DNA of 47,844 nt from Octopus bimaculoides (GCF_001194135.2 NC_068982.1:55314701-55362544); one strand, 5' to 3'; positions 23,549 through 36,637 are shown, counted from the first letter of the stretch. The notes: generated by a model not told the origin, from the sequence alone. Numbers and translations: made by a program.

Positions 23549-24982
23549 ACATATATACCCACAGATAAACGTGTATGTATGAATGCAATAGCACACCTGT
23601 GAAATATCTTCAGAGTATATTTTGTAGTGGGTTGTACTAAATGGCCCGACAAAGTAATTAGAGAGACTAGCTCCAAGACCAAAACGCAATGGAAGCAACA
23701 AAAAAAGAAATACGAAATGGAAAGGAAGACACTTGGAAAGAAAGTCAAAAAATCCTTAAGGAGCCGCAATCTATTTCTGAATAGGAATGATATCTTGTCT
23801 TTGTTTTTTGTTAGGTTTTTGTGGGGGTGGGGAGAAAATCTCATTGAAAAGGAGGCCTAATAATAGTGTACACCCTTTTCACTTCTATCTTTAAGCTTCG
23901 AAATTCTTGTTTGTATGTGCCTGTCTTTGGAGAACGCCTGTTGTGTGCGTTCATATGTTGTGTACGTATTTGTGTTTGTGCAAGTGAGCTCGCTAAGTCT
24001 GAAAGCAAAACCCAACTACCTATGTCAGTACGGTTTAAAAAGCATAAAAAATATGGTTACGTATAATAAGCAGTATATTATCCAAGAACCAAAATACTTT
24101 GTGTTGAGTTTTTATGAAATAAAAAAAAAAAGAAATTATTTTTAACCAAAGACTAACGAGATTATTATCGCTTGAGAGAAGAAATAAATCTTATATTCAG
24201 ACGCTGACATAAATGTGTGTCTATGTGTGTGTGCGTGTATGTGTGTACGTGTACGTGTGTGTGTATGTATGCGTTGAATATATACTACAACCATAATTAT
24301 ATGCATATACACATACGTACATACATACTAAATGTATATATACGCACACATACACATATATACACACACACACATATATATACACATGCATACACATAAA
24401 TATATACATACATATACATATATATATGTGTGTATTTATATGTGTGTGTATATATATGTATGTATTACTACATGTGTGTACACATATAAGTACACACACA
24501 CATACACACGCACATACACACACACATATGAATATATATACACACAAAAAAACAAATAGCTTGGAACCCAGTGATAAGTGCAAAGATTGTCTGTCTATTA
24601 ACTGGAGAGACATTGAGTACACAATTCTGGGCTGGATTTTATCATGATACCATCTTAAAGATTCTTCCGCAGTACGGGTTCGTCGGCTCTTACGATAATT
24701 AAACCTACAGATCTCTTAGCAGCTATATGCTGTTTCGACAGAAACTTAATAGGGTTTTTTTTTTATTTAGATGAATCTCTCTCTCCCTCTCTCCCTCTTT
24801 CTCTCTCTCCCCTCTCCCCTCTCTCTCTCTGTTTTTTTTATAGTTCGCATATCCTAATACAATTTTATCGCTTTTGGAATCGTATTCAATATATAAATAA
24901 CTGCATTTACATACGCATACTCATATGCACGAAATGTGTATATAAACATATAAAACTATGTTACGTGTATAAATATATATGC

Positions 24983-25029
<47 letters not shown>

Positions 25030-25261
25030 AATGACATGAGAAAGGAATATGCGATTATCTTATGAACTTCATTAGCTTACTTCTGTTTCTGCTATAAGAT
25101 GCAGTGAAGTCATAGTTGAGTACATGAGTAATACTTTCTAGTTTCCCCTGAGCATCGAATATGAAGTGCAATTTACTTGGGAAGCATATGTATATTGAGT
25201 TCTACACCAGGTTATTAATCTCGCAGTACCTAAGTGAAATATACATATATATGTATATGTA

Positions 25262-25365
25262 AGCCTTTTCTGTTGAAGAGCGTAGGCTCGAAATGTAAAA
25301 AAGTAATGCACCTGTTTGTTGTTTATACACTTGTCTTCGTCTTTTGTTTTTCTGTAAATTTCAAC
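25262..25365 (+). mobile_element. Penelope pLTR-like repeat with hammerhead-like motif (25266-25301)
   Basis: uuuu-CUGUUGA-A-GAGC-guag-GCUC-GAAA-UG-UA-aaaa; paralog of 11040-11165. Confidence 0.6.
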
Positions 25366-25399
25366 GATATATATATATTGTGTAAAGGATCGTGGGTAA

Positions 25400-25950
25400 G
25401 GCCAAAACAATGCGAAGTAAATGCAAGGTACTCACAAGAAAACAAATATGTGAATTAATGTAGAATTACATTGTATTCAATATTTCGGAGTTATGGCCCC
25501 ATTTTCAAGAAATAGACGAATGTTGCCGATGTGCGTCTGTGAGTGTGTGTGTGGAGTGGACATGCGCGGAAAGGTGTTGCTATAGGAACCAACTAACTTC
25601 CTGTAACTCTCATCTGTTTTGATCTTGAGTTGCTTTTGGTTTATGAGGATGGCCTCAGAGATTCTAAGGTTGCCTTTGTTCGCTGTGTTGCCTTGATGTG
25701 CACTGTGAATTCCCGGGTCTGGCATTTCCATAGGTGTATCTTAATGCATATGTGAATTTTTCTTGTCGTGCTTCCTATGTAGGATGCGCCACATTTGCCA
25801 CAGATGATCTCATATACAACATAGGTCATGTGGCACAATTCAGGGTCATTGATGGGGAAGTTCGACAATGTGCACTACTCAGAGTAGTGAGGGGTGTTGT
25901 TTCTGGACAGAGCTTTTCTCGGGGAAGAGCCGGTGTGCACTACCTGCATA
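25400..25950 (-). mobile_element. Penelope-like retroelement, 5'-truncated GIY-YIG remnant
   Basis: VVHTGSSPRKALSRN..*CTLSNFPINDPELCHMTYVVYEIICGKCGASYIGSTTRKIH, then a frameshift, then NLRISEAILINQKQLKIK. Decayed hammerhead at 25477-25512. Confidence 0.85.
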
Positions 25951-25974
25951 TATATATATATATATATAATGTCT

Positions 25975-26200
25975 CTTTGGATCTTTGTGTCTGTGTGTGT
26001 TTGCCATCCCTCCGCCGCCATCGTTTCACAAGCGGTGTTGGTCTGTTTACGTCCCCATAACGAAACAGTTTGAAACGAAAAGCGACGATAGAATGAGTAG
26101 CAAACTTCAAAATAAAAAAAATATATAAGTACTGGGATCGATATGTGCAAGGTGGTGCCCCAGTATGGCCAAAACTTGAAAAAGTATAAAGATAATCTAA
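25975..26200 (+). mobile_element. SINE family B 3' part
   Basis: ggtgttggtctgtttacgtccccataac...ggtggtgccccagtatggcc. Confidence 0.75.
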
Positions 26201-26872
26201 TATAACAATCTGTAGGAGATTNNNNNNNNNNNNNNNNNNNNNNNNNNNNNNNNNNNNNNNNNNNNNNNNNNNNNNNNNNNNNNNNNNNNNNNNNNNNNNN
26301 NNNNNNNNNNNNNNNNNNNNNNNNNNNNNNNNNNNNNNNNNNNNNNNNNNNNNNNNNNNNNNNNNNNNNNNNNNNNNNNNNNNNNNNNNNNNNNNNNNNN
26401 NNNNNNNNNNNNNNNNNNNNNNNNNNNNNNNNNNNNNNNNNNNNNNNNNNNNNNNNNNNNNNNNNNNNNNNNNNNNNNNNNNNNNNNNNNNNNNNNNNNN
26501 NNNNNNNNNNNNNNNNNNNNNNNNNNNNNNNNNNNNNNNNNNNNNNNNNNNNNNNNNNNNNNNNNNNNNNNNNNNNNNNNNNNNNNNNNNNNNNNNNNNN
26601 NNNNNNNNNNNNNNNNNNNNNNNNNNNNNNNNNNNNNNNNNNNNNNNNNNNNNNNNNNNNNNNNNNNNNNNNNNNNNNNNNNNNNNNNNNNNNNNNNNNN
26701 NNNNNNNNNNNNNNNNNNNNNNNNNNNNNNNNNNNNNNNNNNNNNNNNNNNNNNNNNNNNNNNNNNNNNNNNNNNNNNNNNNNNNNNNNNNNNNNNNNNN
26801 NNNNNNNNNNNNNNNNNNNNNNNNNNNNNNNNNNNNNNNNNNNNNNNNNNNNNNNNNNNNNNNNNNNNNNNN

Positions 26873-27270
26873 ATTTCATTGCAGCCATGCTGGGGCACCG
26901 CTTTGAAACATTTTAGTCGAACAAATCGACACCTGGGCATTTTTTTTTCAAGTGTAGTACTTATTCTATCGGACTGTTTTGCCGAACCGCTATGTTACGG
27001 GAACGAAAACACACCAACACTGGTTATCAAGCGGTGGTGGGGGAACAAACACAGACACAAAGACACACACACACACACACACACATAGCTATATACATAT
27101 ATATATGACGGCTTGTGTCAGTTTCCGTTCACTAAATCCACACACAAGGCTTTGGTCGGCCCATGGATATGTAGTAGAAGACACTTGTACAAGGTGCCAC
27201 GCAGTGGGCCTGAACCTGAGCCATATAGTTGGGAAGCAAGGTTCTTACCACACAGCCACACCTACGCCTT
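26873..27270 (-). mobile_element. SINE family B, near full length
   Basis: Matches 7489-7898 throughout. Confidence 0.88.
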
Positions 27271-27399
27271 AATAGTTTATTAAAAAAACAAACTTCTTAG
27301 ACAAACTTTGAATAATATCTATCTCGCTTTATTGTTTCACACAAAAATGCATTTCTTACTTTCTTGTCTCTTTTTTATTATCATTTCTTTTACTCTTTT

Positions 27400-27676
27400 A
27401 TTCTTTTACTTGCTTCAGTCATTTGTCTGCGGCCATGCTGGAGCACCGCCTTTAGTCGAGCAAATTGACTCCAGGACTTATTCTTTGGAAGCCTAGTACT
27501 TATTCTATCGATCTCTTTGCCGAACCGCTAAGTTACGGGGACCTAAACACACCAGCATCGGTTGTCAAGCAATGTTGGGGGGGGGGGACAAACACAGACA
27601 CACAAACACACACATACATATATATATATATACATATATACGACGGGCTTCTTTCAGTTTCCGTCTACCAAATCCA
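27400..27676 (-). mobile_element. SINE family B (head lies in the gap)
   Basis: Tail and body match the family; runs into the N-gap. Confidence 0.88.
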
Positions 27677-28408
27677 NNNNNNNNNNNNNNNNNNNNNNNN
27701 NNNNNNNNNNNNNNNNNNNNNNNNNNNNNNNNNNNNNNNNNNNNNNNNNNNNNNNNNNNNNNNNNNNNNNNNNNNNNNNNNNNNNNNNNNNNNNNNNNNN
27801 NNNNNNNNNNNNNNNNNNNNNNNNNNNNNNNNNNNNNNNNNNNNNNNNNNNNNNNNNNNNNNNNNNNNNNNNNNNNNNNNNNNNNNNNNNNNNNNNNNNN
27901 NNNNNNNNNNNNNNNNNNNNNNNNNNNNNNNNNNNNNNNNNNNNNNNNNNNNNNNNNNNNNNNNNNNNNNNNNNNNNNNNNNNNNNNNNNNNNNNNNNNN
28001 NNNNNNNNNNNNNNNNNNNNNNNNNNNNNNNNNNNNNNNNNNNNNNNNNNNNNNNNNNNNNNNNNNNNNNNNNNNNNNNNNNNNNNNNNNNNNNNNNNNN
28101 NNNNNNNNNNNNNNNNNNNNNNNNNNNNNNNNNNNNNNNNNNNNNNNNNNNNNNNNNNNNNNNNNNNNNNNNNNNNNNNNNNNNNNNNNNNNNNNNNNNN
28201 NNNNNNNNNNNNNNNNNNNNNNNNNNNNNNNNNNNNNNNNNNNNNNNNNNNNNNNNNNNNNNNNNNNNNNNNNNNNNNNNNNNNNNNNNNNNNNNNNNNN
28301 NNNNNNNNNNNNNNNNNNNNNNNNNNNNNNNNNNNNNNNNNNNNNNNNNNNNNNNNNNNNNNNNNNNNNNNNNNNNNNNNNNNNNNNNNNNNNNNNNNNN
28401 NNNNNNNN

Positions 28409-28688
28409 TATATATATATATGTGGGGGGGTATGTGTGTGCGTGTGTGCGTGTGTGTGTGTCTGTGTTTGTCCCCCCCCCCCAACATCGTTTGACAACTG
28501 ATGCTGGTGTGTTTACGTCCCCGTAACTTAGCGGTTCGGCAAAAGAGACCGATAGAATAAGTACTAGGCTTACATAGAATAAGTCCTGGGGTCGATTTGC
28601 TCGACTAAAGGTGGTGCTCCAGCATGGCCGCAGTCAAATGACTGGAACAAGTAAAAGAGTAGAGTAAAAAAGAGTAAAGAGTAAAGCG
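28409..28688 (+). mobile_element. SINE family B (head lies in the gap), inverted relative to 27400
   Basis: Body plus (GAGTAAA)n tail. Confidence 0.88.
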
Positions 28689-28999
28689 TACCCCCTCGCA
28701 TAGTGCTCGCCTTGATTTGCAAGTATGCTGGTATTTTCGCTTTTTTACGCTATACAAATATCTTGAATATTAAGATGTTAGAGGTTGTGCTTTACATAAC
28801 TTCCTGAAATGCATTATCATCATTTTTTAAAATGAACTTTCATCATTATGAATCGAAGCTGTAATTTGGCTTCGGTTCATCATAAGACTACTTCTTATTT
28901 GAGGACACCTCCTTCTTCCCAATTCGCAATTATTTATTCACTGGTGGTTATGAAGCCCATTATCGAGATGGAGGAGTTATGAGTAAAGGATCGAATAAA

Positions 29000-29000
29000 T

Positions 29001-29066
<66 letters not shown>

Positions 29067-29190
29067 GGATGGATGGATGGATGGATGGATGGATGGATGG
29101 ATGGATGGATGGATGGGTGGATGGATGGAGGGATGGATGGATAAAGAGAGATAAATAAAGAGATAGATCGAGAGAGGGGGAAAGAGAGAA

Positions 29191-29227
<37 letters not shown>

Positions 29228-29250
29228 GGCGGGCAGGCAGGCAGGCAGGC

Positions 29251-29342
<92 letters not shown>
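29000..29342. repeat. Compound tetranucleotide microsatellite (GATA)(GGAT)(GACA)(GGCA)(GATA)
   Basis: Read directly. Confidence 0.95.
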
Positions 29343-29569
29343 GAAAAATAGCCTGGTTCGTAATACATAAAAGGTTGAATTTATCAGAGAACTATTAAAA
29401 TGATTATTGTGCATTAAGAAAATAAGAGCAGAGAAATTATGAAGCAAGTATAAGGAAGAGAGTAAGGAATGAAGAAAGGAGGAAGAGGAAGCACTCTAAC
29501 ATAACACAATACATTCATATATTCACACTTAGATACGTATACATATACACACGTGCGAGGCATTTTCAC

Positions 29570-29700
29570 AAGCAATTTTAGACGTCATTTCTGATGTACT
29601 TCTGCTGGCGGTAATTTCTCTGTTATGAGCCATTCTTATAACTGGGGGCGCCCCTCTCTTCCGTCGATGTAATAATCAGTGGAAAGTCAAACAGGGACAG
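29570..29700 (-). mobile_element. Possible old mariner N-terminal fragment
   Basis: PVI/EWLITEKLPPAEVHQK resembles RAVIEFLxxExxPPxEIHRR; short and frameshifted. Confidence 0.3.
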
Positions 29701-30472
29701 CAGCAGCGTTAAAACAACTTCGAAGTTTTTGCATGAAACTAAAACCATCTGCCAAAACTGTTTTATTTTATGAGTCTTTAGAAACGACTGGCTTCCGTAA
29801 ATCTAATCCAGACTTATTTTTATTATCTCTCTGAAGTTAGAATTACAAGCTATAAGCGTCGTAACTGGCTAAAGGTAGATTTTTATGTCGTGTCTATGAG
29901 AGATTTACAACAAGGTTTTGCCATTTAGTTTATCTATGTTTTCTGTTATTTATGTTTTGTTTTTGTTTTTTGTTTTTTTATATTTGTAACACAGAAGTTG
30001 GAATGATAAAACGTGTCTTTGTCAACTTCGTCAACAGGCTTTAAACATCATTCTATGTGACTGAGAAAACGGTGTTGAAGTCCAATTTATTTCACTCATC
30101 AGTTATTTAATATTCTAAGTAAAGATGATTTTCAACAACAGAATGACACAAATAAATGCCGATTATTTTGCTAACTCATTGTTTCTCAATACGAATCTAA
30201 TAATTAATTCGTTTTATTGGCCACAAGGGCTAATATCAATTAAAAACATATAAGGACAAAGACAGGACGAAGGTTACAAAAGGTTTTGTCCGAAAAGGTA
30301 GGAAAGTTCGTCTAAACAGAGGAAGAAAACGGAGAAAGGTATAATAAATAAATAGATAAATAAATAGATAAATAAATAAGTAGAACTCCCAAAGGGGGAG
30401 GCGCTTCGAAAAAGGAAAGGTTACACGTGGAAAAACCCATAAAACCACGGGAACCTGGTCGTACACGCGCGT

Positions 30473-30620
30473 AGGTGTATGATCTAACGCTTAGTATTTT
30501 AGGTTCCCGATTATAAGGTACTGGGTTCATTCCCCAGATCGGGCGGTGCATTGTGTATTTGAATAAGATACATTATTTCATGTTGTTTCTAGTTCACTCA
30601 ACGGAAAAATGAGTTCCTGC
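30473..30620 (+). mobile_element. Decayed tRNA-headed SINE (family E)
   Basis: gggttcattccc B-box, gcattgtgtatttgaataagatac CORE-like segment, ctagttcactcaacggaaaaatgagt. Confidence 0.5.
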
Positions 30621-30799
30621 CTACCGCTGGTACAGTCTTCTCTTCGTTTAGTTGTCATATCTCAAACGTTCCACTGAGGCAATGGTGAAAGAGTCGAGAG
30701 GGCGTAACCGTGCGTACTCGCACCGTTAAAACAATTAGCGAAAAGATAGAACATGCCGGCAAGTCATACTCGCTTGCGAGTGACAACTCTATATGCTTG

Positions 30800-30841
<42 letters not shown>

Positions 30842-31329
30842 GCTGTGTTGTGTTCATGTTATAGCTTTGTTGAACTATACGCAAACAAACCAGTGGAGAC
30901 GAGAATACAGTTATCAAAGGTTTATTATTTTACGTACATCAAGGCTTAAGTCGTCAGTTCACTCAAGATTCGTTTCACATTCACTGTTGACATTCTTTTG
31001 TTTTCCTTCTCCTACCGGAAGTCCCTTTTCTTTTCCTGCTGACCAACTCCCTAGCTAGCCCGCAGCGAAGTTTCTGTCTACAGTTCGTCCGTCACGAATC
31101 CTGCCCTACAATGCTATATTTTCTTGAAACCAAAAAACTGGATTTATGACGAGTTCATGAATGGAATGGAAGATGTGTAGATCACCGTAGTAAATTCTTG
31201 GTAGTATAATTAATTTCGACGAATTAAAAAACATTTCAACTAGTGCAACAACTAGGTACATACTTAGGTTGCTTTATCAAATGTATATGTCTTCTACATA
31301 TCTGTGGTCTTATGTTCAAAAGAAAAAGC

Positions 31330-31468
31330 GTAATTCTTTTTCCTTTCTACAATTGGCACAAGGCCTGAAATTCGGGGGAAGGCTGCTTAGTCGATTGCAT
31401 CGACCCAAGTGTTCAACTGATACTTATTTTATCAACCCTGAAAGAATGAAGGGCAAAGCTGACCTCAG
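31330..31468 (-). mobile_element. SINE family C 3' part
   Basis: ggcacaaggcctgaaattc...tacttattttatcaaccctgaaagaatgaagggcaaagctgacctc. Confidence 0.8.
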
Positions 31469-31544
31469 TGTTCGTATTTTACCACTTGTGTCCTTCGTAA
31501 GAAAGCAAAAAGTAGCTATAGATACCGCTATCTTTTAAGCAGGT

Positions 31545-31636
31545 ACAATATATCAATAAAATCAAATACAATATATCAAGGAAATCAGATACAATATATC
31601 AATAAAATCAGGAACAATATATCAATGAAATCAATA
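31545..31636. repeat. 23-bp minisatellite, 4 copies
   Basis: acaatatatcaa(t/g)(a/g)aaatca(a/g)xx repeated four times. Confidence 0.9.
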
Positions 31637-32168
31637 ATTCACACATTTGTTGACTCTTGGAAAGTTTTCTAACGTAATTTCAGTTTAATAGCTACGTAAC
31701 AGTTTGCTTTTCATAAGTTTACATTGAAATTTTAGTTTATGATATATCATAAAAGTATCACTATATATATATATCATAATTTCCGGCATGTAATCGATGT
31801 ATTATTCAGTGTAAACATGTAGTGTAAACATTCACACCATCTTTCCAAATTCTGCTGTTCATTCATGGAATTTTCGGTTCTCCAAAGTCGCCTTGTTGTA
31901 CTAGTCGACTTAACCTTTTTTGCTGTAAATTTTTATGAGAAAAATTCGACTTTATACTGGAAAATACAGTATGGCTAACAGTTAAAAGAAAACATCGTTG
32001 ATCTTTGTTTCTTTGTATTGTGTTTTCATACTTTGGGCAAGCATACAAGATAGTTGTGGTGAATTTATGCCTTTCGTGAATACCAACTAAGACTACTAAC
32101 CAGATTAGTTTGGTTCCCTATTAAATATATATCATGCAACTTCAGTCCAGTTAGCGAGTGTGTGTGTA

Positions 32169-32231
<63 letters not shown>

Positions 32232-32699
32232 GGAGCAAAAGACAAGCGGGTTAGGTGACTGCGTTTAACTTCGAATTATAATGTCATGTATATGAGTATC
32301 ACGTTTGGCGGCTGTGTCTTAAGTCTTATATAAATGTACTTAAGTTTGTATATATAACTTCAAGGCAACTAGTCTAGTTCACTCTCCTTAAGCTTTGGTA
32401 CTAAAGGCTTTTATTTGGTTTTTAAATTTTTTGTAAAGAACTTTGCGCTTGTGATCTAATATACAATACTTATCTTATTTTGTATTAGCGATTGTGTTTT
32501 TTCTTGTAACCTAGTTGATAACGATACTTCGTCATTTTCTCATATTTTAAAACGTTTACAATTTTGACATCTCTTTAATATCATTTACTTTCTATTATTG
32601 GATTTCATTTCGATATTTTCCTTGTAGCTATTCAGAATACCCTGCCTACATCGTCACACTGATAAACCAGAACGAGTGGATCACGGTAATTTATCAGTT

Positions 32700-32929
32700 A
32701 TCTTTCACTTGTATCAGTCATAGGACTGTGGTCATCCTGGAGCATCACCCTGAAGGTGTTAGTCGAATAAATCGATCCTAGTATTCATTTTTAAAACTGG
32801 TACTGGTACCTATTCTATAGATATATTTTGCCGGACTGCTTAAGTAAGGGCACGTAAACAAACCAGCAATTGTTATCAAGCGGCGGTGTGGGACAAGCAC
32901 AAGGACACGCACACACACATACACATACA

Positions 32930-32960
<31 letters not shown>

Positions 32961-33075
32961 NNNNNNNNNNNNNNNNNNNNNNNNNNNNNNNNNNNNNNNN
33001 NNNNNNNNATATATACATACCGCGCAGTGAAACTGAACCCGAAACTGCTTCTTAACGACACAGCCATGCCTGTGT
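32700..33075 (-). mobile_element. SINE family B, internally deleted and gapped
   Basis: Tail at 32700-32940 and head remnant at 33015-33075. Confidence 0.75.
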
Positions 33076-33134
33076 CTGGCCACGCGGTCAAGCCTGCTTC
33101 CCACGTCTTAGTTCGACTAGTTCCGAGCCGTTAT

Positions 33135-33960
33135 ATTTCAGCTTTTACTTGTTTCAGTCACTGGGCTGCAGCCATACTGGGGCACTGTTTTGAAGTGTTA
33201 TAGTCGACGAAATCAACCCCAGTACGTAAGTCTGGTACTTATGTGATCGTTCTCTTTTGCTGAAACGCTAAGTTATGGGTAAGTAAACAAACCAACGCCG
33301 GCTGTCAATAGGTGGTGGCGGAACACACACGCACACACACACATACACACACACACGCATATACACACGCATATACACACTTCGTGACTTCTACTATAAC
33401 CTTGGGTCGACCAAGCCTTGCGAGTAGATTTTAGTAGACGGAAACTAAAAGAACCCCGTCGTATATNNNNNNNNNNNNNNNNNNNNNNNNNNNNNNNNNN
33501 NNNNNNNNNNNNNNNNNNNNNNNNNNNNNNNNNNNNNNNNNNNNNNNNNNNNNNNNNNNNNNNNNNNNNNNNNNNNNNNNNNNNNNNNNNNNNNNNNNNN
33601 NNNNNNNNNNNNNNNNNNNNNNNNNNNNNNNNNNNNNNNNNNNNNNNNNNNNNNNNNNNNNNNNNNNNNNNNNNNNNNNNNNNNNNNNNNNNNNNNNNNN
33701 NNNNNNNNNNNTGTGTGTGTGTGTGTGTGTGTGTGTCTGTCTGTCTGTATGATTGCGTTTGTCCCCACGCCATTGCTTGGCAACCAATGCTGGTGTATTT
33801 ATGTCCCTGTAAATTAGCGGTTCGGCAGAAGAAACCGATAGAAAAAGTACTAGGATTACAAAGAATAAATCCTGGAGTCGATTTCTTCGACTAAAACCCT
33901 TTAAGGTGGTGCTCCAGCATGGCTGCAGTCAAATGACTGAAACAAGTAATGGAAAACAAA
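33135..33960. mobile_element. Inverted pair of headless SINE family B copies
   Basis: 33135-33360 minus and 33380-33960 plus, with a gap at 33467-33711. Confidence 0.8.
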
Positions 33961-35214
33961 AAAAAAAAATATCCGAAGGGCTTCTACACAAAATCCATCT
34001 GAAAAATCCATTTGCAAGGTTCGGTCCGCTTTGGGTTAAAGTAGAAGACTCTTGCTCAAGGTGTCACGCGGTGGGACTGAACCCGGAACCATGTGATACA
34101 GTGATAATTTTCAGGCTTTCTTAAACGCATCAATGGATAATAAGAAAAAATACAAAAGAAAGTAAGAAGAAAAATGAAAGAATAGACCGAAACAGAAAAG
34201 AATCGCCGTTATGTCATGTTAGATCTTGCTTAATAAATGGAAGCAGGGAAATTACTGAAAAACATAGTTAAAATTTAATACCAGACAGGAGACATTGAGG
34301 TACGTGCAAGTGGAATGCAAAATAGCAAATATGTACAGTCAAATGCAGTTAGGGAGGTTTGAGAGGAACAGGAAATGTAAGAAAGAGAATATTTATAATT
34401 GGTTGGTGGGGGTAGTGAGGAGGATTAGAACGTACTAAGAAAAAAAATAGAGCAAAATGAAAAGCAGAAGAGACAGAGGGGAAGCAATTACGGTATAATG
34501 AAATATAAATCGTGCAGCTTAAGCCCGGTGTGTGAGTGTGTGTGCGGGCGCGTGTGAGAGAAAGCTAGATACAGAGAAGAGGAGAGGGAGGAGAGAGAGA
34601 AAGAGACAGGAGCAAAAGTCAAGTGGGTTAGGTAACTGCGTCTAACTTCGAATTGAAAATGCTTGCGTTGCGTCATGCCCTTGAGCAAAACACTTCACTC
34701 TATTTGGTTCAGTTTACTTTGCTCCAGAATGGTACCATTATGTCGGGGAACTTAATCTGCGATAATCTAGCGTCTAGTACAAAGACACGTCTAAATATTA
34801 TCCCCTTTACGGTAAAAAAAAATACTTGAGTTAATTTGATAAATCATCGCAGTAGAAGAAACAAAAGTGTATGTGTGTGTGTTTGTGTATGTATGTATGT
34901 GTGTAGTGTGTCTGTGTGTGTGCACACGCGCGTGTGTTTGTGTGTACAAATACGTAACGTTACTGGAGGGGGGACGATACAAGTCTTACATTTTCTTGAG
35001 AGGAATCATGGGATGCTAATAACGGAGTGAATATTTGAATGATCATCTTTATAAAATGTTACCTTTTGTTCTGCAGTATTTCCATTAATATGAACACATA
35101 TTTTTACTTTGCTAGTGAAGTAACCGTACATAAACCACGCAGGTCTAACAATAGAAAGAGTTTAATGTCGTTGATAAATTACGGTTTTGCCTTCCAATCC
35201 TTCCAAGGTAGATA

Positions 35215-35640
35215 AAATGATCTACTCGACAAGTATAGTATTCGAAATAATCAATTGATTCCCCTCCCATCAAATTCGTGGCCTTTGGCCTATGTTAAAG
35301 ATTGTTACAGATTTAAAAGTCGGTGGGCTGGCAGAATCGTTAAAACGCCGAACAAAATGCTTACTGATATTTCTTCTGGTTCTGAGTTCAAACCTCGCCG
35401 AGGTCAACTTTTCTTCTCGATAAAATAAATATCGGCTGAAACTGAGAGTGATCAATCACCTACCGCACACGAATTTCAGGCCTTATAATTCTAGCAGAAA
35501 GAATTATTATAGAACTAATTTAACATAATAGGTATTTGGCAACAACTCTTTATGCTCTGAGATCAAGTCCTGTCGTGGTCGATTTGTGCTTTTCATTATT
35601 TCTGTGTTGGGACGTTGAAAATAAAATACCAGTCAAGCAC
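35215..35640. mobile_element. Cluster of SINE family C pieces
   Basis: Minus tail at 35215-35290; plus copy at 35318-35500 followed directly by a second decayed unit. Confidence 0.7.
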
Positions 35641-36152
35641 TATAAATTGTAAGGAGCGATATCAATATTATAAATCAACATACTGTTTGAACGTCCAGGT
35701 TTGTTACTATCCAGACGTAGAAACGGAATATACATTAGCTACTTTCAACTACAATTGCTACAATATACAATCAACCACATATACAATTGCTATCAACTAA
35801 TGATGAAGAAGAGTTCTAAAAACACGAATATCGTGTGTAGCGTCTACGAGCTTATCTAATACCCTAATTAAAGAAACCAGATGTTTTGTCAAGATTTACA
35901 ACCTTTCACTGTATATCTTTAGTTCATTATATATGTGTGAGAGGGGTGAGTGTGTATGTGTGCGTTTATGTATCAAAATGGTCAAACGGAAGAAAAAAGT
36001 CTGGCTGTAACAATCTATTTAAATATCTTTTCTTTACAAATAACTGCCAACTAAATTATCTGGAAGGCAAATTTATTGAACCTTCTTAACCAAAAAATTA
36101 TCTTAAAATTTGAATTATGATATAGAAGCAGCTCTTGAGTAAAATCCTTATC

Positions 36153-36637
36153 TATATGACATACGTTAAGTATGTGTATCATTGAAAAACCAAAAGCTGC
36201 AGTTTTCTTCCGGAAAAAGTCCTTCTATAACGTATTGTGTTAAAAAAAAATGCAACGTGCGAGTACTTCAGAGCTGGTAAAACTAAATCGCTCCGAAATT
36301 GACTACGAGTACGACAGATGTGCATTTCGCCGTTCTTGTGGCTTTTCAGTATCACATACTCGTGTCACTTCCGAAACGAAGTCGAATGGGACATACTGGT
36401 TTGCAATGACGTCATTTGAATTATTCAAAATAAGTAGCTATAGAGTAAAATTATTCTCTTTGTAACACAATGCATGTATATCATTGAAAAGCCAGAATCT
36501 GCAGTTTTCGTCCGAGAAAAATCCCTTTACAGACATATATTAAAAGTATGACACAATAAGTCTATAAAGAGATTTCTTTGTCTGGCGAAAACTACAGCTT
36601 TTAGTTTTTCAACGAAACACTTTAAATATGTCATATA
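36153..36637. mobile_element. MITE-like element with long degenerate terminal inverted repeats
   Basis: tatatgacata...ttgaaaaaccaaaagctgcagttttc at the left is mirrored at 36560-36637; internal direct copy at 36477-36535. Confidence 0.55.

Noticed and set aside
23627-23860. Lys-rich 77-aa ORF
   Set aside because: A-rich low complexity, no donor site and no recognisable motif.
29600-29760. Signal-peptide-like or RRKR-containing minus-strand frames
   Set aside because: All frames are short and stop-bounded; better explained as a mariner N-terminal remnant.
35795-35845. Hammerhead-like motif with a 6-bp helix III
   Set aside because: C3 and G12 are altered and position 17 is G; too decayed to call.
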